The position numbers were made by a program, and so were the translations under genes. Of a stretch of 64,000 bases of DNA, positions 13,561 through 25,135 are shown in pieces; position 1 is the first letter of the stretch, and each line of letters begins with the position of its first letter. The notes under the pieces are model-generated. The model had not been told where the DNA came from. It saw nothing but the letters and a program-made list of their open reading frames with translations, and made no database searches. The DNA lies in contig JAGIQG010000013.1 of NCBI GenBank assembly GCA_024679065.1, forward strand, positions 42,594,001 through 42,658,000. The letters are read 5' to 3'. The DNA is from Sphyrna mokarran. Taxonomy: Eukaryota.

Positions 13561-14133
13561 ACAGCAGTCAGCATTGCAAATGGCCTAGCACAACGGGATT
13601 TGTTGACACTTTTTCTTTCTCTTCCATTTGTATTTAACAGTTTGAGTCACACACTCAATAACTTCTGAACAATAAAGCCTAGTGGTGTATTGCACTCCCA
13701 CTGATCTAATAGTGCTTAACTTCACAACTGCATCCTCATCCTTGTCCTTTCCTTTTTCTAGCACAGCAGGGAGACTCAGTTTAATAGGCCACATTGACTG
13801 AAGATAAAAACTTTGATCCCCAGTGCAACACTACTCGTACTTATCCTGCCAATTCCAAAACATAACTTGGCCTCAATGTTGCTTAAATTGTGAAACGGTG
13901 CTGCCCAAGATAATTTCACTGTATGAAAACATAGTTTTCTGAGGTGAAATAGTGGTGAGTAGTAAGGTGTGAAATAATTAGAGAACTGATGCTGAAAGTA
14001 CCAATTTCTAGACACAATGGCATACAAATATCTGAAAAATGTTCCACCTCACATTGAATCGTAAGTTTTTCTGGTGTTCTCTTCAGTAGAATGAAAAGGA
14101 TGATTGATCCATTGCACAGAACAACATTTTATT

Positions 14134-15927
14134 ATGACACAAAAATAGGCAGGACAGTAAATTGCAATGAGGAAATAAGAACCTTACAAATGGATATAGA
14201 TTGGTTAGGAGAGTGGGCCAAAATGTGGCAGATAGTGTGTAACGTGGATAAGCGTGAGGTCATGCATTTTGACTGGAAAAATGGGAAGGTGACTTATTAT
14301 CTAAATGGGGAGAGACTTCAGGGTGTTCCGGTGCAGAGGAATCTGGGTGTCCTCGTTCATGAGTCACAGAAAACTAGCATGCAGGTACAGCAGATAATAA
14401 AGGAAGTGCTTGGAATGTTGGCATTTATAGCTGAACAGGGCCTAGCTTTATGGCTGATAAAATTGGATATCCTAAATTAAAGAAGTGGGCATATTAAAAA
14501 TCAAACACAGTCAAACCTCAGGCAGGCCAGTTGTACAAATCACAAACATGTCTGTGGCTGACTCATCAGCCTCCTATCAAAAGTCATTGCACCCTACTGG
14601 TACTCAGCAGGAGATCATTGCACCCCATTGAAATACATCAGCCTATTGTTAAAAGCCCAGATAGGGCCAGACTTTCTGTCACCGAGAGTTCCTGCAGTTG
14701 GCTTAATCTGATAACAGGTCACATGTAAACAGCAGCATGGAGAAGGACACCTGGGGGCGGACCCTGGTGTCCTGTCAGGTAGACATCAAGAAACCAACTG
14801 GGTATTGAAACCCCCTCCTGGGACCTCATTGGCCAGAAGCCAGAGAAGTTTCTGGAAAGATAAGCAGGCAGGGGATAAAGGAACACACTTTCAAGACTCT
14901 AGGGGGGAAGACTCCAGAAAACGGCAAAGACTCCAGAAGATGGAAGAAGAATTGAGAAGACTCGGGAAGACGGGGAAAGACTCGAAAAGACTCGATGAAG
15001 GAGGTGACCCTTGACCATTTGGAAGACTGACCAGAGAGAGAAGGAAAGAAGAAGCTGCCACCGAGACTCACCTCGTGACGACTGACCAGAGGGACTCAGA
15101 GAATCAAGCCTGCAATTTGAACCAAACCATCTTTGCTGGTAGTATATCTGATTTTGGGGTATCCCCTTGAATTGTGTGGGTAATTTAAGGGTTAATTGTG
15201 TTATTGTTAATAAACTTGTTGAACATTTACTTGTGTTTGTCGTTTGTCCACCTTGTGAATAAGGGCACCGGGGTAAAACATTGGAATAAGCAAACTGGTC
15301 GAAAAGGATCAGAGATTTTAAAATACAACAATATAAAAGTAAGGAAATACTGTTGCAACTATACAAGGTATTGGTGAGACCGCATCTGGAGTATTGTACA
15401 CAGTTTGGTCCCCTTATTTGAAGAAGGATGCAGTGGCATTGGAGACTGTTCAGATGAAGTTTACTAGATTGATTTCAGAGATGAGGGGTTTGTTGTATGA
15501 AGAGAGTTTGAACAGTTTAGGCCTATACTCCCTGGAATTTATAAGAACGAGAGGAGATCAAATTGAGGTGTACAAGCTGATGAAAGGGGTATGATAAAGT
15601 AGATGTGGAGCGAATGCTTCCGCTTGTGGGGCAGGTAGGACGAGAGGTCATAGCCTTAAGATAAGGAATAGCAAATTTAAAATGGAGTTGAGGACCACCT
15701 ACTTCTATCAAAGGATTGTGAATATGTGGAATTCGCTACCCCAAAGTGCGGTGGATGCTGGGACAGTGAGTAAATCTAAGGGGAGTTAGACAGATTTTTA
15801 TTTGGCAATGGGTTGATGGGTTATAGGAGAAGACAGGAAAATGGGGTGAAGAGCATATCAGCTATGATCGAATGGCGAAGCGGACTAAATAGGCCAAATG
15901 GCCTAATTCTACTTTTATCACTTATGA
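14134..15927 (+). mobile_element. CR1 LINE 3' part interrupted by a probable solo LTR
   Basis: DTKIGRTV..WAKMWQ..GMLAFIA | YKSKEILLQLYKVLVRPHLEYC reads through once 14432-15330 is removed. Confidence 0.9.
14432..15330 (+). mobile_element. Probable solo LTR (~900 bp)
   Basis: Starts TG, ends CA, AATAAA at ~15209, internal AAGACTC repeats at ~14894-14990; no clean TSD. Confidence 0.55.
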
Positions 15928-16599
15928 ATGTATCCATCCACAGTTCACTTGCAGGCCAATATTCAGTATCAAGGCTTACATATGGATAATTGACTTTTAG
16001 TGACGCACGAATGAGCAGTCAGCAAAAGAGAGGGCCAGAAATTGTTCAGCCTCTTTTCTTGGGCATTGTGATATTGTTAATTGTGACCTACCTTCAGCCG
16101 TTCAGTTCAAGGTGGGTAAGGTGCAATCTTTGTGTAAACCATCTTGTTGGAATAATTGTGATATTGCCCTGAGCCACCCCAGTACTGCTGTTTAATGCTG
16201 AATGTTCAGAGTAAGAGGGCCACAGACTACATGACACAACGGCTGAAATTTTTTAAGGCAAGTTGTATCTTAAAGAAAAGCTGTACAAAAATATTGCTGC
16301 AACACAACATATTGCAAAGAGAACACCATGGTAGGTAACAGGGTTCCTTGTGGTGCTGGAGGTAGTTGTGGTGCATGAGGCCCACACACACCATCCCTAG
16401 AAGAGAGTGGAAGCAGGTGATCAGGTTTTGAACCTCAGGAGCTGGCAGTAGCATTTGAAATAATCTCAGAACCTCATGCAGATGCTCCAGGTCAATGGAA
16501 ACAAATACACATAACGATCAGGATTTTCTAGCTGTACTTGTTCCAATGCTGGAAAACCCCACCCGAGGTCTAGAAGACTTCAGGATACCTATTGATCAG

Positions 16600-17135
16600 C
16601 AACTTTAGACCCCATATTTAAGGAATGGTATACTGGCCTTTGGAAGGGCCAGAGTAGCTTCACAGGAATGATCCTAGGGATGAAAAGCTTGACATATCAG
16701 AAGCATTTAAGGACCCTGAATCTGTATGCAATGGAGTTTAGAAGGAAGAGGGGGGATCTCATTAAAACTTACAGAACACTATAAGGTCTGGCTAGAGTGG
16801 ACATGGAGAAGATATTTCTAATAGTAGGAGAGAGTAGGAGCCAAGGGCGCTGCCTCAGATTAAAGGGACAACCCTTTAAAACTAAAATGACAAGGATCTT
16901 CTTCAACTAGAGGGTGGTGAATCTGTGCAATTCATTGTCACAGTAAGCTGTGGAGGTCAAATCATTGAGTACATTTAGGACAGAAATAGACAAGTTTTTG
17001 ATTCATAAAGGGATCAAAGATTACAGGGAAAATGTGGGACAATGGGGTTGAGAAATCTATCAGCTATGATTGAATGGCAAAGCAGACTTGAAGGGCTGAA
17101 TGATCTAATTCTGGTCTTATATATCTTATGATCCA
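16600..17135 (+). mobile_element. CR1 LINE 3' end, old
   Basis: FTGMILGMKSL, RGDLIKTYR and RVVNLCNSLSQ remnants plus 3' UTR. Confidence 0.8.
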
Positions 17136-18644
17136 TGTTCTGCATGATTCCAATGGTGGACAGGATGGGAAAACTCTGCTCAAAATCTCTTATCCACCGT
17201 ACCACTAGTTTATTAGGCTGTTCAATGAACCAAACCCTCTATTACAAATCAAACAGTGTACCCTGGTACTTAATATTCATGTTTAATATTGTATCTTATT
17301 CTGACATTCCCAGTAGCCTCATCCCTCAGCTCCCAGCTCACCAATTCCACATACATCAAACTATTTAACAATGGCAGGAACATTAGCCACATAAACACAA
17401 TATTGCACAATCATTGACATACTTTTCCTTTCTTTTGCAGGATATTGCTATGCTATAGAAAGGAGAGGAACAGAGCTAGCAGAGTTCAAGGGTGCTTGCA
17501 ATGGAATTCTATGAATGAGATGGCTTTTAGCACTCATCGGCTGAACTGCAAGTGTCCAAAATTGCTAAAAACACTGAGGAACTTTGGATACTTCAGCCTT
17601 ATGTCCCTTCTTAACTCCCAGCTCACCCTCTTTCTGCTTCCTGTCCTCATTGATGATGAGCAAGCAGCTGATGATATGACCATGAAACTCTTGCTCCCCA
17701 CCCCTCTTTTGAATTCCAGTTTTCAGGCTCCCAAGAATTGCCACTTCCCCAGCTACAGGTGACACTTGGAGAAGAAACAACAACGCAGTAATGAAGAAAT
17801 CCTATCACTTGATCCCACCCATCAAGGAAGCACTCACTCGGCAATGATTTGGACATAAGCGCAGCAAGGAGGATATGGGAGCACTGCCAGCCATTAGACT
17901 CCTCAAAGCATGGGCTGCCCTGACATGAAGGAAAGGTAAGTCCTGCACAGGACCCTTTTCCCTGAATTCGCAACAGTGAACCTCATCCCCGGTCCTGAGA
18001 TGATTCCATCTGTGTACCCAGTCCTCTCCAGTGCCCCTTGAGCCTTGAACACACTGAAGGATAATGGCAGCCTAAGCGCTCACTTCTGAGATCCTCTTCG
18101 AAAGTGTGGTTGCCAGGTTCACATTTACGTAGCCCTGCTGTAAATAGCATCGATGCCCACTGAACATTCAGTGAAGGGGGATGTTCTGGAGTGCTGCTTA
18201 ATAATATGTCACTGTATTAAATTGAAGTTCTCTGGCTCCTGTGGTGTGTTTTCCATTACTCTGCTGGTGAGCGGGCTTGAAAATTGAAAATTACAATCCC
18301 AATGGAGCATGAGCTGGCAATCCCACACACGAAAATTTCCGCCACAAAAATGCCTCTTCAGTTTTACTTATGTGTAAAGAAAATAAGAACTGTTACCAAT
18401 ATAGGATTAAATTTCTTGCACCATCCTTCTTGAGTATGTGATTCCTTGCTTGCACAGGATTTCATAGCTACTCTCCACTATATCTGGTCCAATTGCCATC
18501 ATTCACATGCAAAACTAGATAGTGACCATTGTGGCAGTGAACCACAGAAGATGACTCTGATTCCAGTGTTACTTACCATCTTAGATTTGCACTTTGCAAC
18601 TGTGGTTGTTGTTTTACTGTTTTTCCATAGAATATTTCCGTAGG

Positions 18645-18790
18645 ATCCTTCCAGTAAAGAAGGAGGCCGTTTAACCTATTGAGTCTGCACCAACTCTCCG
18701 AAACACATCTCATTTAGGCCCACACCCACTCCTTACACACGTAATCCCGTGCATTTACGTGGCTATTCCACGTAACCTACACATCTTTAG
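18645..18790 (-). mobile_element. HE1-type SINE 3' fragment
   Basis: GAAGGAGGCCGTTTAACCTATTGAGTCTGCACC..AACCTACACATCTTT matches the other HE1 copies. Confidence 0.6.
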
Positions 18791-19879
18791 ATCTTCATTT
18801 AAAGATCTCCTTCACCCATTTGCTAATGCAGCATATTTTCTGTTCACTGAGCACAGTCTGACAATCGGAAAGCAGATTCTTCCTGAAGTCTGCGTTAGTA
18901 ATGACACAGAGCCATCAGGGGAGCACATGGAGACAATGGGCTGCATCTCATTTCATTGCAGCATGCACTGCCAATCTCCACATTTAGACTGGAAGTGTAA
19001 TGCTCGCTCACCCTCAATCTCCTCTCAGAGAGCTTGGCAGCTCAACATTTCTCCCTTCCCTCCCCCAATGTAATCCTGGTCACACTATCCTCCTCAGAGG
19101 TGAGATTGCCAGAGTCAGCTGTTGTAAACCATGTTAGTGTGACATCCCCTTGACATCTCATTTGAATATTCAATAAGATTGGAAGTGACAGCAGGATGGA
19201 TCATGAATTATATTATAATTATATTATAATTTCCGGAACTTCCTGGGCAGGAACATTGTTATGTCACAGGTGAGGTGTGTGGAAAATTGGGAAACAAAAT
19301 TTTGCTGGTTAATACAGGCCAAGAATTCCACCCATCATTTGGCCGTACTGTTTTGTCTGTATGAACTAGTCACTATCTATCTCTTCCCGACTGTGGGAAA
19401 CACAGACATGACATAAATCAATCATAAGGTCAGTACACATAGTAAACACAAGTTTCCTACACAAGTCAATAATCACATTGAAAATCAATCCATGGTCATT
19501 AATCAGGTGAAAGAGCTAACCCTTTAAAAAAAGCCAAACAAATCATTGACAGGAATTATTTAATGTTACGAACAGAGTTGTGTTTTAAGAATTTATCTCT
19601 CAGCATCCCTTGGCCCCATACCTAAAATAATAATAATTTCAAAAGCAAAAAAGTTTTCAACATAGAAGTTCATCTGAATTCGATGATCAGTCAGTTCAAA
19701 CAATTAAATTGACAAGAATTGCTTGTGTTAAAAATAATGCATAATTCTTTCAATAATATGAATTTTGAAATGTTATTAAAGGATTTCTGAGACTATAACA
19801 TTTAGAAAACAAAGATAGTGCTGTTTCTTTAAGTTTCTTGCTCCTTGAAATTTGAAAGGTGTCATTTGCTTAACCGGCA

Positions 19880-20204
19880 GTCATGGTGGCACTGTGAATA
19901 GCACTGTTGCTTCACAGCGTCAGAGACTCCAGTTTGAATCCAACCTTGGGTGATTGTTTATGTGGAGTTTGCACATTCTCAGTGTGTTTGTGTGGGTTTC
20001 CTCCAGGTGTTCCTGTTTCATTCCACGCGCCAGAGATGTGCAGGTTAGGATGATTGGCCAAGTTAAGTTGACCCTTAACGTCAGGGGGATTAGCAGGGTA
20101 AGTATGTGAGGTTACGAGGAAAAGGTCTAGGTGGGATTGTTGTTGGTGCACGCTCGATGGGTTGAATGGCCTCCTTCAGCACTGTCTGTTTCTACGATTC
20201 TATG
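19880..20204 (+). mobile_element. HE1-type SINE, near full length
   Basis: tRNA-like head (GGTGGCACTGTG A box, GTTTGAATCC B box), HE1 body, ATTCTATG tail. Confidence 0.9.
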
Positions 20205-20673
20205 AAGGATTTAAAGGGACCGGCAGATGTTTTAATAGTCTACATAAAATGACACCTTAATCTACAAAAATATCTGTATCGCAATTTCTCTTCATCTAAC
20301 ATCCCCCGCATCACATCTAATTTCTCTGCGAAATGTGATCCACTTTCAGTCTTGCCTGTTTCACTCTGAACTGAAAGGGGTATGCAAGAACGAGACAAGC
20401 TCTCTCTCTAGTTCTCAGTCTGTTTACTTAGAGAAACCCCTTCCCTTCAACTCAGGTTTCTTTCTAAAATGGAGGCTACTACAGTTTTGTGTTTCATAAT
20501 TCCATCCAATTTTGAAAATTAATATACTTTTGGATGTTGATGTTTATTTTTGAGTGATAACCTGTACATGAATTAATATGGTTACAGTTTATGGATGAAT
20601 TCCATCCACTGTAAAATAGACAAGAAGCAAATACAATGACCAAGTGTTCAGAACTTCCTATTTTGGAAAGCAT

Positions 20674-21147
20674 GGCTGGAGTTTTACCAGCCCTTGGCAT
20701 TAGGTTGGGAGGTGGGAAGGCCGGCAAAATGGTGCAAGATAGCACTGAGGGAGATGTGCCCATAGATATCCCAGTCGGTTACTTCTCTTACCTCATTATG
20801 TGGCAATTAGGAGGGCCCCTAGAGGCAATGGCCACCACAATAGCAATGGCACTTCCTATCGTCAGTGACTACCACAATCTAATCGAGAGAATCTGCCTGT
20901 CAGTCCCCCAGCCATCAGTGTGACACCCTTCCCCCAGGTGCAGCCCTAGCAATGATGAATACTAGCAATGGTGTAGCCCGGGTGCTGGCCCTCATTGCAT
21001 TGACTGCTCATCCAAGTAAGCTGCCATCCTTAATGAGAATGTCAGCTCCAGTGGCTACCACTTCATCAGCCACACAGGGAATACAGTTCAACTCCCACTT
21101 TTTGCCCAGGTGATGGGACTTCAGCCTCCTTCATAAAATCCAGCCCT
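20674..21147. mobile_element. MITE with terminal inverted repeats
   Basis: GGCTGGAGTTTTAC ... ATAAAATCCAGCCC. Confidence 0.6.
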
Positions 21148-21246
21148 TTTTGTTCAATTATAATCAGTGGAAGGTAAGATCATTGTAAGGTTAGTTTGTG
21201 CAAACAGAGAAACATACACCTCAAAGTTGATTGTATGTAATATTTC

Positions 21247-21560
21247 ACAGAATCTTATAGTGCAGAAGGAGGCCATTCAGCCATTGAGTCTGCACCAACC
21301 ACAACCCACCCAGGCCCTATCCCAGTAACCTCATGCAGTTAACCTATCTAGTCCCCCTGACACTAAAGGGTAATTTAACATGGCTAATCCAACTAACCTG
21401 CACATCTTTGGACTGTGGGAGAAAATCAGAACACCCAGAGGGACCAACACTGGAAGAATGTGCAAACTCCATACAGATTGTGAACCAAGCTAGGAATTGA
21501 ATGCCAGGTCCCTGGCGCCACGAAGCAGCAGTGGTAACCACTATGCTGCCATGCCTCCCG
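21247..21560 (-). mobile_element. HE1-type SINE
   Basis: Reverse complement of head, body and tail as at 19880. Confidence 0.9.
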
Positions 21561-21692
21561 TGCTCTTTCTGCTCTCTTTGTTGTCAAAACGTATATATAC
21601 CTTCTCTGTGGCACAATTTTCAGCTCAAAATGTTCCCAGCGACTGACAAGTTAGCTACTTAGAGAAACTGAACAAATGGTCTGGATTTTGTG

Positions 21693-21695
21693 GTG

Positions 21696-21727
<32 letters not shown>

Positions 21728-21749
21728 TGCGTGCGTGTGTGTGTGTGTG
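21693..21749. repeat. Compound microsatellite (GT)n(GCGT)n(GT)n
   Basis: Directly visible alternating purine-pyrimidine tract. Confidence 0.95.
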
Positions 21750-22163
21750 TTGTTAGTGATAGAAGAGCTGATATTTCAGTCTAAGACAATAAAAGGAAGC
21801 TGAAAACTTGATTGCATAAAATGTGCTTAAAACAGCTATGCAATTCTACAGACATCTGCCATAGATATTACAACGTGCTCCATTTTTATGTATTTTATCT
21901 CTATTATAATTTATTATGATTAGAAGATGAAGCAAGGCTTATATTTCATGTTTATTACATTATAGTAGTAATATAGAAACTCCATATTTATATATATTTA
22001 ATGCTCTCTCTGCGTTTGCACATAGATTTATGTTTTAATATCATGTTCAAGTGTGGACATAAACACAGAAATTCAATTGCATCCAAAAACAGGACACAAA
22101 CATATGTGGGCAGTGCAGGTAAAGAGGCATGGTTCAATTGGCACTGCCAATTTTTAGCGCAAA

Positions 22164-22432
22164 AAGCCTCACAACACCAAGTTAAAGTCCAACATGTTTA
22201 TCCGGTAGCAAAAAGCACTAGCTTTTGGAATGCTGGCTGTCCCTTCATCAGATGAGTGACAAATACCCTTCTGACCTCTTTGATTACAGTCCTGACTCAC
22301 CGAACAAAGGGGCAACCCTCCGAAAGCTAGTGGCTTTTGCTACCAAATAAACCTATTGAACTTTAACCTGGTGTTGTGAGACTTCTTACTGTTCTTACCC
22401 CAATCCAACACCAGCATCTTCACATCATGACT
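22164..22432. mobile_element. Inverted pair of PLE pseudo-LTRs with decayed hammerheads on both strands
   Basis: Left arm 22164-22260 is the reverse complement of the right arm 22292-~22385; same family as 480-803 and 40914. Confidence 0.85.
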
Positions 22433-22859
22433 ATTTATTAGCTGCACGCTTGTTTGGGAGATAGGAAATTGAGTTTAATTGATGCTATTTAAAAGCAGCT
22501 AACACCTCTTAAGAGAGATGCAATCTGGCTAAAAATAGCAGGGAAATATTGGTCCAAATCTTCTAGTCTCTGTACTATCAACTTCTCTGCATTGATTTCT
22601 GTAGGAATTGCTTGGGAAGTTTGAACTTCCAACAGGCAATTCCCCTGTTTCCCGAGACTGTCCGTGAAAATCACTGAGTTTGGGTCAGAGACTTTTCACA
22701 GGAAATGAGAAATAAACAAACCCTAGGCTAACACCTGGTTACTGGTGAAAGGCAAGCTAGGCCCTTTATTCATGGCATTAGTTACCAAACGATAAGTTTA
22801 AATGTCCAGTGTGAATGTTAATGAATGTTGGTGAATGGCTGCCCCATAGTCTTCAGAAC

Positions 22860-23450
22860 TCATCCCCCCCCCCACCGCAGTAATCCACACTGAGCCCCCT
22901 AGTCCCCCCTATATCCTTCTGACTTTCTTGACTACAGTCCAACACACTGATCCATGCCGACCAACTTGATCCATTAACCCTTCCTGACCATGCTAACCCC
23001 TGATCATCAGACTACTCCTTATCCCCACATCCCTCACCAGACCTGACTATATTTCAGTACCTGACCACTTCCCATGACCTGAGTTAGCTGGCCCTCAAAC
23101 TGACTATCCCTCTCAACCTGACTACCCCAAACCACTCACCCAAGAATCTATCCATCCATTCATCCACCCCAGCTGCCTGCTATCTTACCCATTACCACTC
23201 AATGCACCTACCACCTCACCCCATACTTACCCACAATATCATTTACTTGCCACCCTATCCACCTTTTGCTCACCCACCTATTACCCTCGTCACCCAACCC
23301 ATCACCCACATATCATCCTACCCATCTGCCACTCTATCCATCTGCGACTGCATCAGTAGCCTCACCTACAAACCCATTTACCCACTTAGATTATTTGACT
23401 ACCCAACCCATTTATTCATTCATCCGGTCACCCACTCACTAACATTCACA
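22860..23450. repeat. C-rich low-complexity tract (CCCA/CCTGAC units), probably a MITE interior
   Basis: G-poor repetitive tract between TIR-like motifs at ~21678 and ~23643. Confidence 0.55.
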
Positions 23451-23742
23451 CTGGATATTTAAACTTATCGTATGGTGTTTCAGCACTGTGTCAAAACTCT
23501 TCCCAGGATTTTACTGTCTGCATTTCTGAAGTAATTGGGCTTAGAAGATTCAGTCAGAAATGTGGACTCAGTTGGGGCACAGAAAAATATGAGCAGAGTG
23601 ACAAAAATGATAATGATTACTGCTTTGCGGAAGGTCTGAACCACTCTGATGATTCAAATTGTCTGGAGAACCCAAAGTTCAAGAAACCCTGGCAGATTTG
23701 GAAGACTTGGTTCAAGAGGACAGTAATTCTGTTTTGCCTCAG

Positions 23743-23870
23743 GGAGCAGCTCGATGAACATAATTGTCTTCAGCCTGATCTTCAAAGGTCAGAGCTGGTC
23801 AAGGTTACTCGTCATGTCGTTATTGAAAACTCTGCAGTATTCAACCTGTATAGTGGGGAACAGGCCATAG
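23743..23870 (+). other. Candidate internal exon (unverified)
   Basis: Acceptor AGTAATTCTGTTTTGCCTCAG, donor AG|GTGAGC, open frame EQLDEHNCLQPDLQRSELVKVTRHVVIENSAVFNLYSGEQAI; no protein recognised. Confidence 0.25.
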
Positions 23871-24784
23871 GTGAGCTGTAAACTTGCACAGAAGATTGTT
23901 TCTTAAATTCCTGTTTTAAATATCATACAACTGGTGGGATTGGTTTGTTGGGTTGAAAGCAATTCTCAATTTGGTATTTTTGGTTTCAATCAGCATTTCT
24001 GCAGCAACCCCTGACAGGTCCTGTGAGAACTTTTGGACTGGCTGCTTCAGGCCTGAGGAAATCGATTACAGTGTGGATGGGACATGTTGCAGTTATTTGT
24101 GATTCAGTATGAGAAAGGGGCTGAAGGTGCCAAACCTCTCCACATGTTGAATGAGTTTGTACACACCCAATATAACACTGGGCCCACGGTAACCAAGTTT
24201 CACTTGAAAACTGACTGCTCAGTTTCTAAGCTACAATCTCTTGTAAAATGAATGAAATCTCTCTGGATTTTAAAGAAAATCTGTATGAAATTTGTAAGAT
24301 GAACAAAGGTTGAAATGCTAAAGAAATAACAGAAAGAACAAAACTAAAGTTTATATATTAGTCATAAATAAGACTTACATTAAAACTACAATGAAGTTAC
24401 TGTGAAATTCTCCTAATTGCCATATTTTGGTGCCTGTTTAGGTCAATGCACATAATACTAAATAAAGCCGTAATCTATATAGGAGCCCAGAAGGAAAAAA
24501 ACTAGTAAAACATGAAAATGAAGGACACTAGTAACCATTGTCTGATGGTTTTGTATTCATTAAAATGGAACTCCAGTATTACTAATACCAACATCCCTGG
24601 GTTTCACTGGGATTTGAAGATTTTGACTTGTATTTTTTCCTTTTGGATTGCTGAATCTTCCCACCCTCAGGTTGATGGGCTTGGAGGAAGAGGAGGTGGG
24701 GACCAGAATAATAGCTGAAAATTGTGATTAGATGGCTCCTAAATGCATTCTCAACACTAGGGAGCTGTCCCAGAGCTAGGCAGG

Positions 24785-25135
24785 AAAGCAGATCACATGT
24801 CAATCTTTTGGGTTGAACAAATTAAATAAACTGAGGGACAAAAAAGGAAGAGCAGCTCTTAAAATGGTCGGAACTGCCCGAAACAAGAACAAAGCATAAA
24901 TGAAACTTAAAACATCAAACCAAAGCAGATCAGCTATATGAACCACCATTCTTTTTGGTAAATCAGTTTAACTCAATTAAACAAACTCTGGGACAAAGCA
25001 AAAAATGGGGAAACACCCTAAACAAAAACACAAAGCGTAAAGGAAATTTAAAACATTAAACCAAAACGTGATTAAAGAGGTCAATAATTCACCCTGGTCC
25101 CTGCAGTGCCCAATGAGCATGGCAGGCTTTGGTGG
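24785..25135 (-). mobile_element. Tx1/L1-like LINE 3' end with duplicated 3' UTR unit
   Basis: Minus strand ACHAHWALQGPG resembles the Tx1 terminal F..RWAPQG motif; ~140-bp imperfect tandem units at 24785-24922 and 24922-25068. Confidence 0.5.

Noticed and set aside
14805-15014. Charged ORF (RKRQRLQKMEEELRR)
   Set aside because: Product of the purine-rich AAGACTC array inside the LTR-like insert.
17647-17973. Possible second Harbinger transposase N-terminus (CFEESNGWQC)
   Set aside because: Similarity too weak to support without a profile search; the same applies to ~37430-37500.
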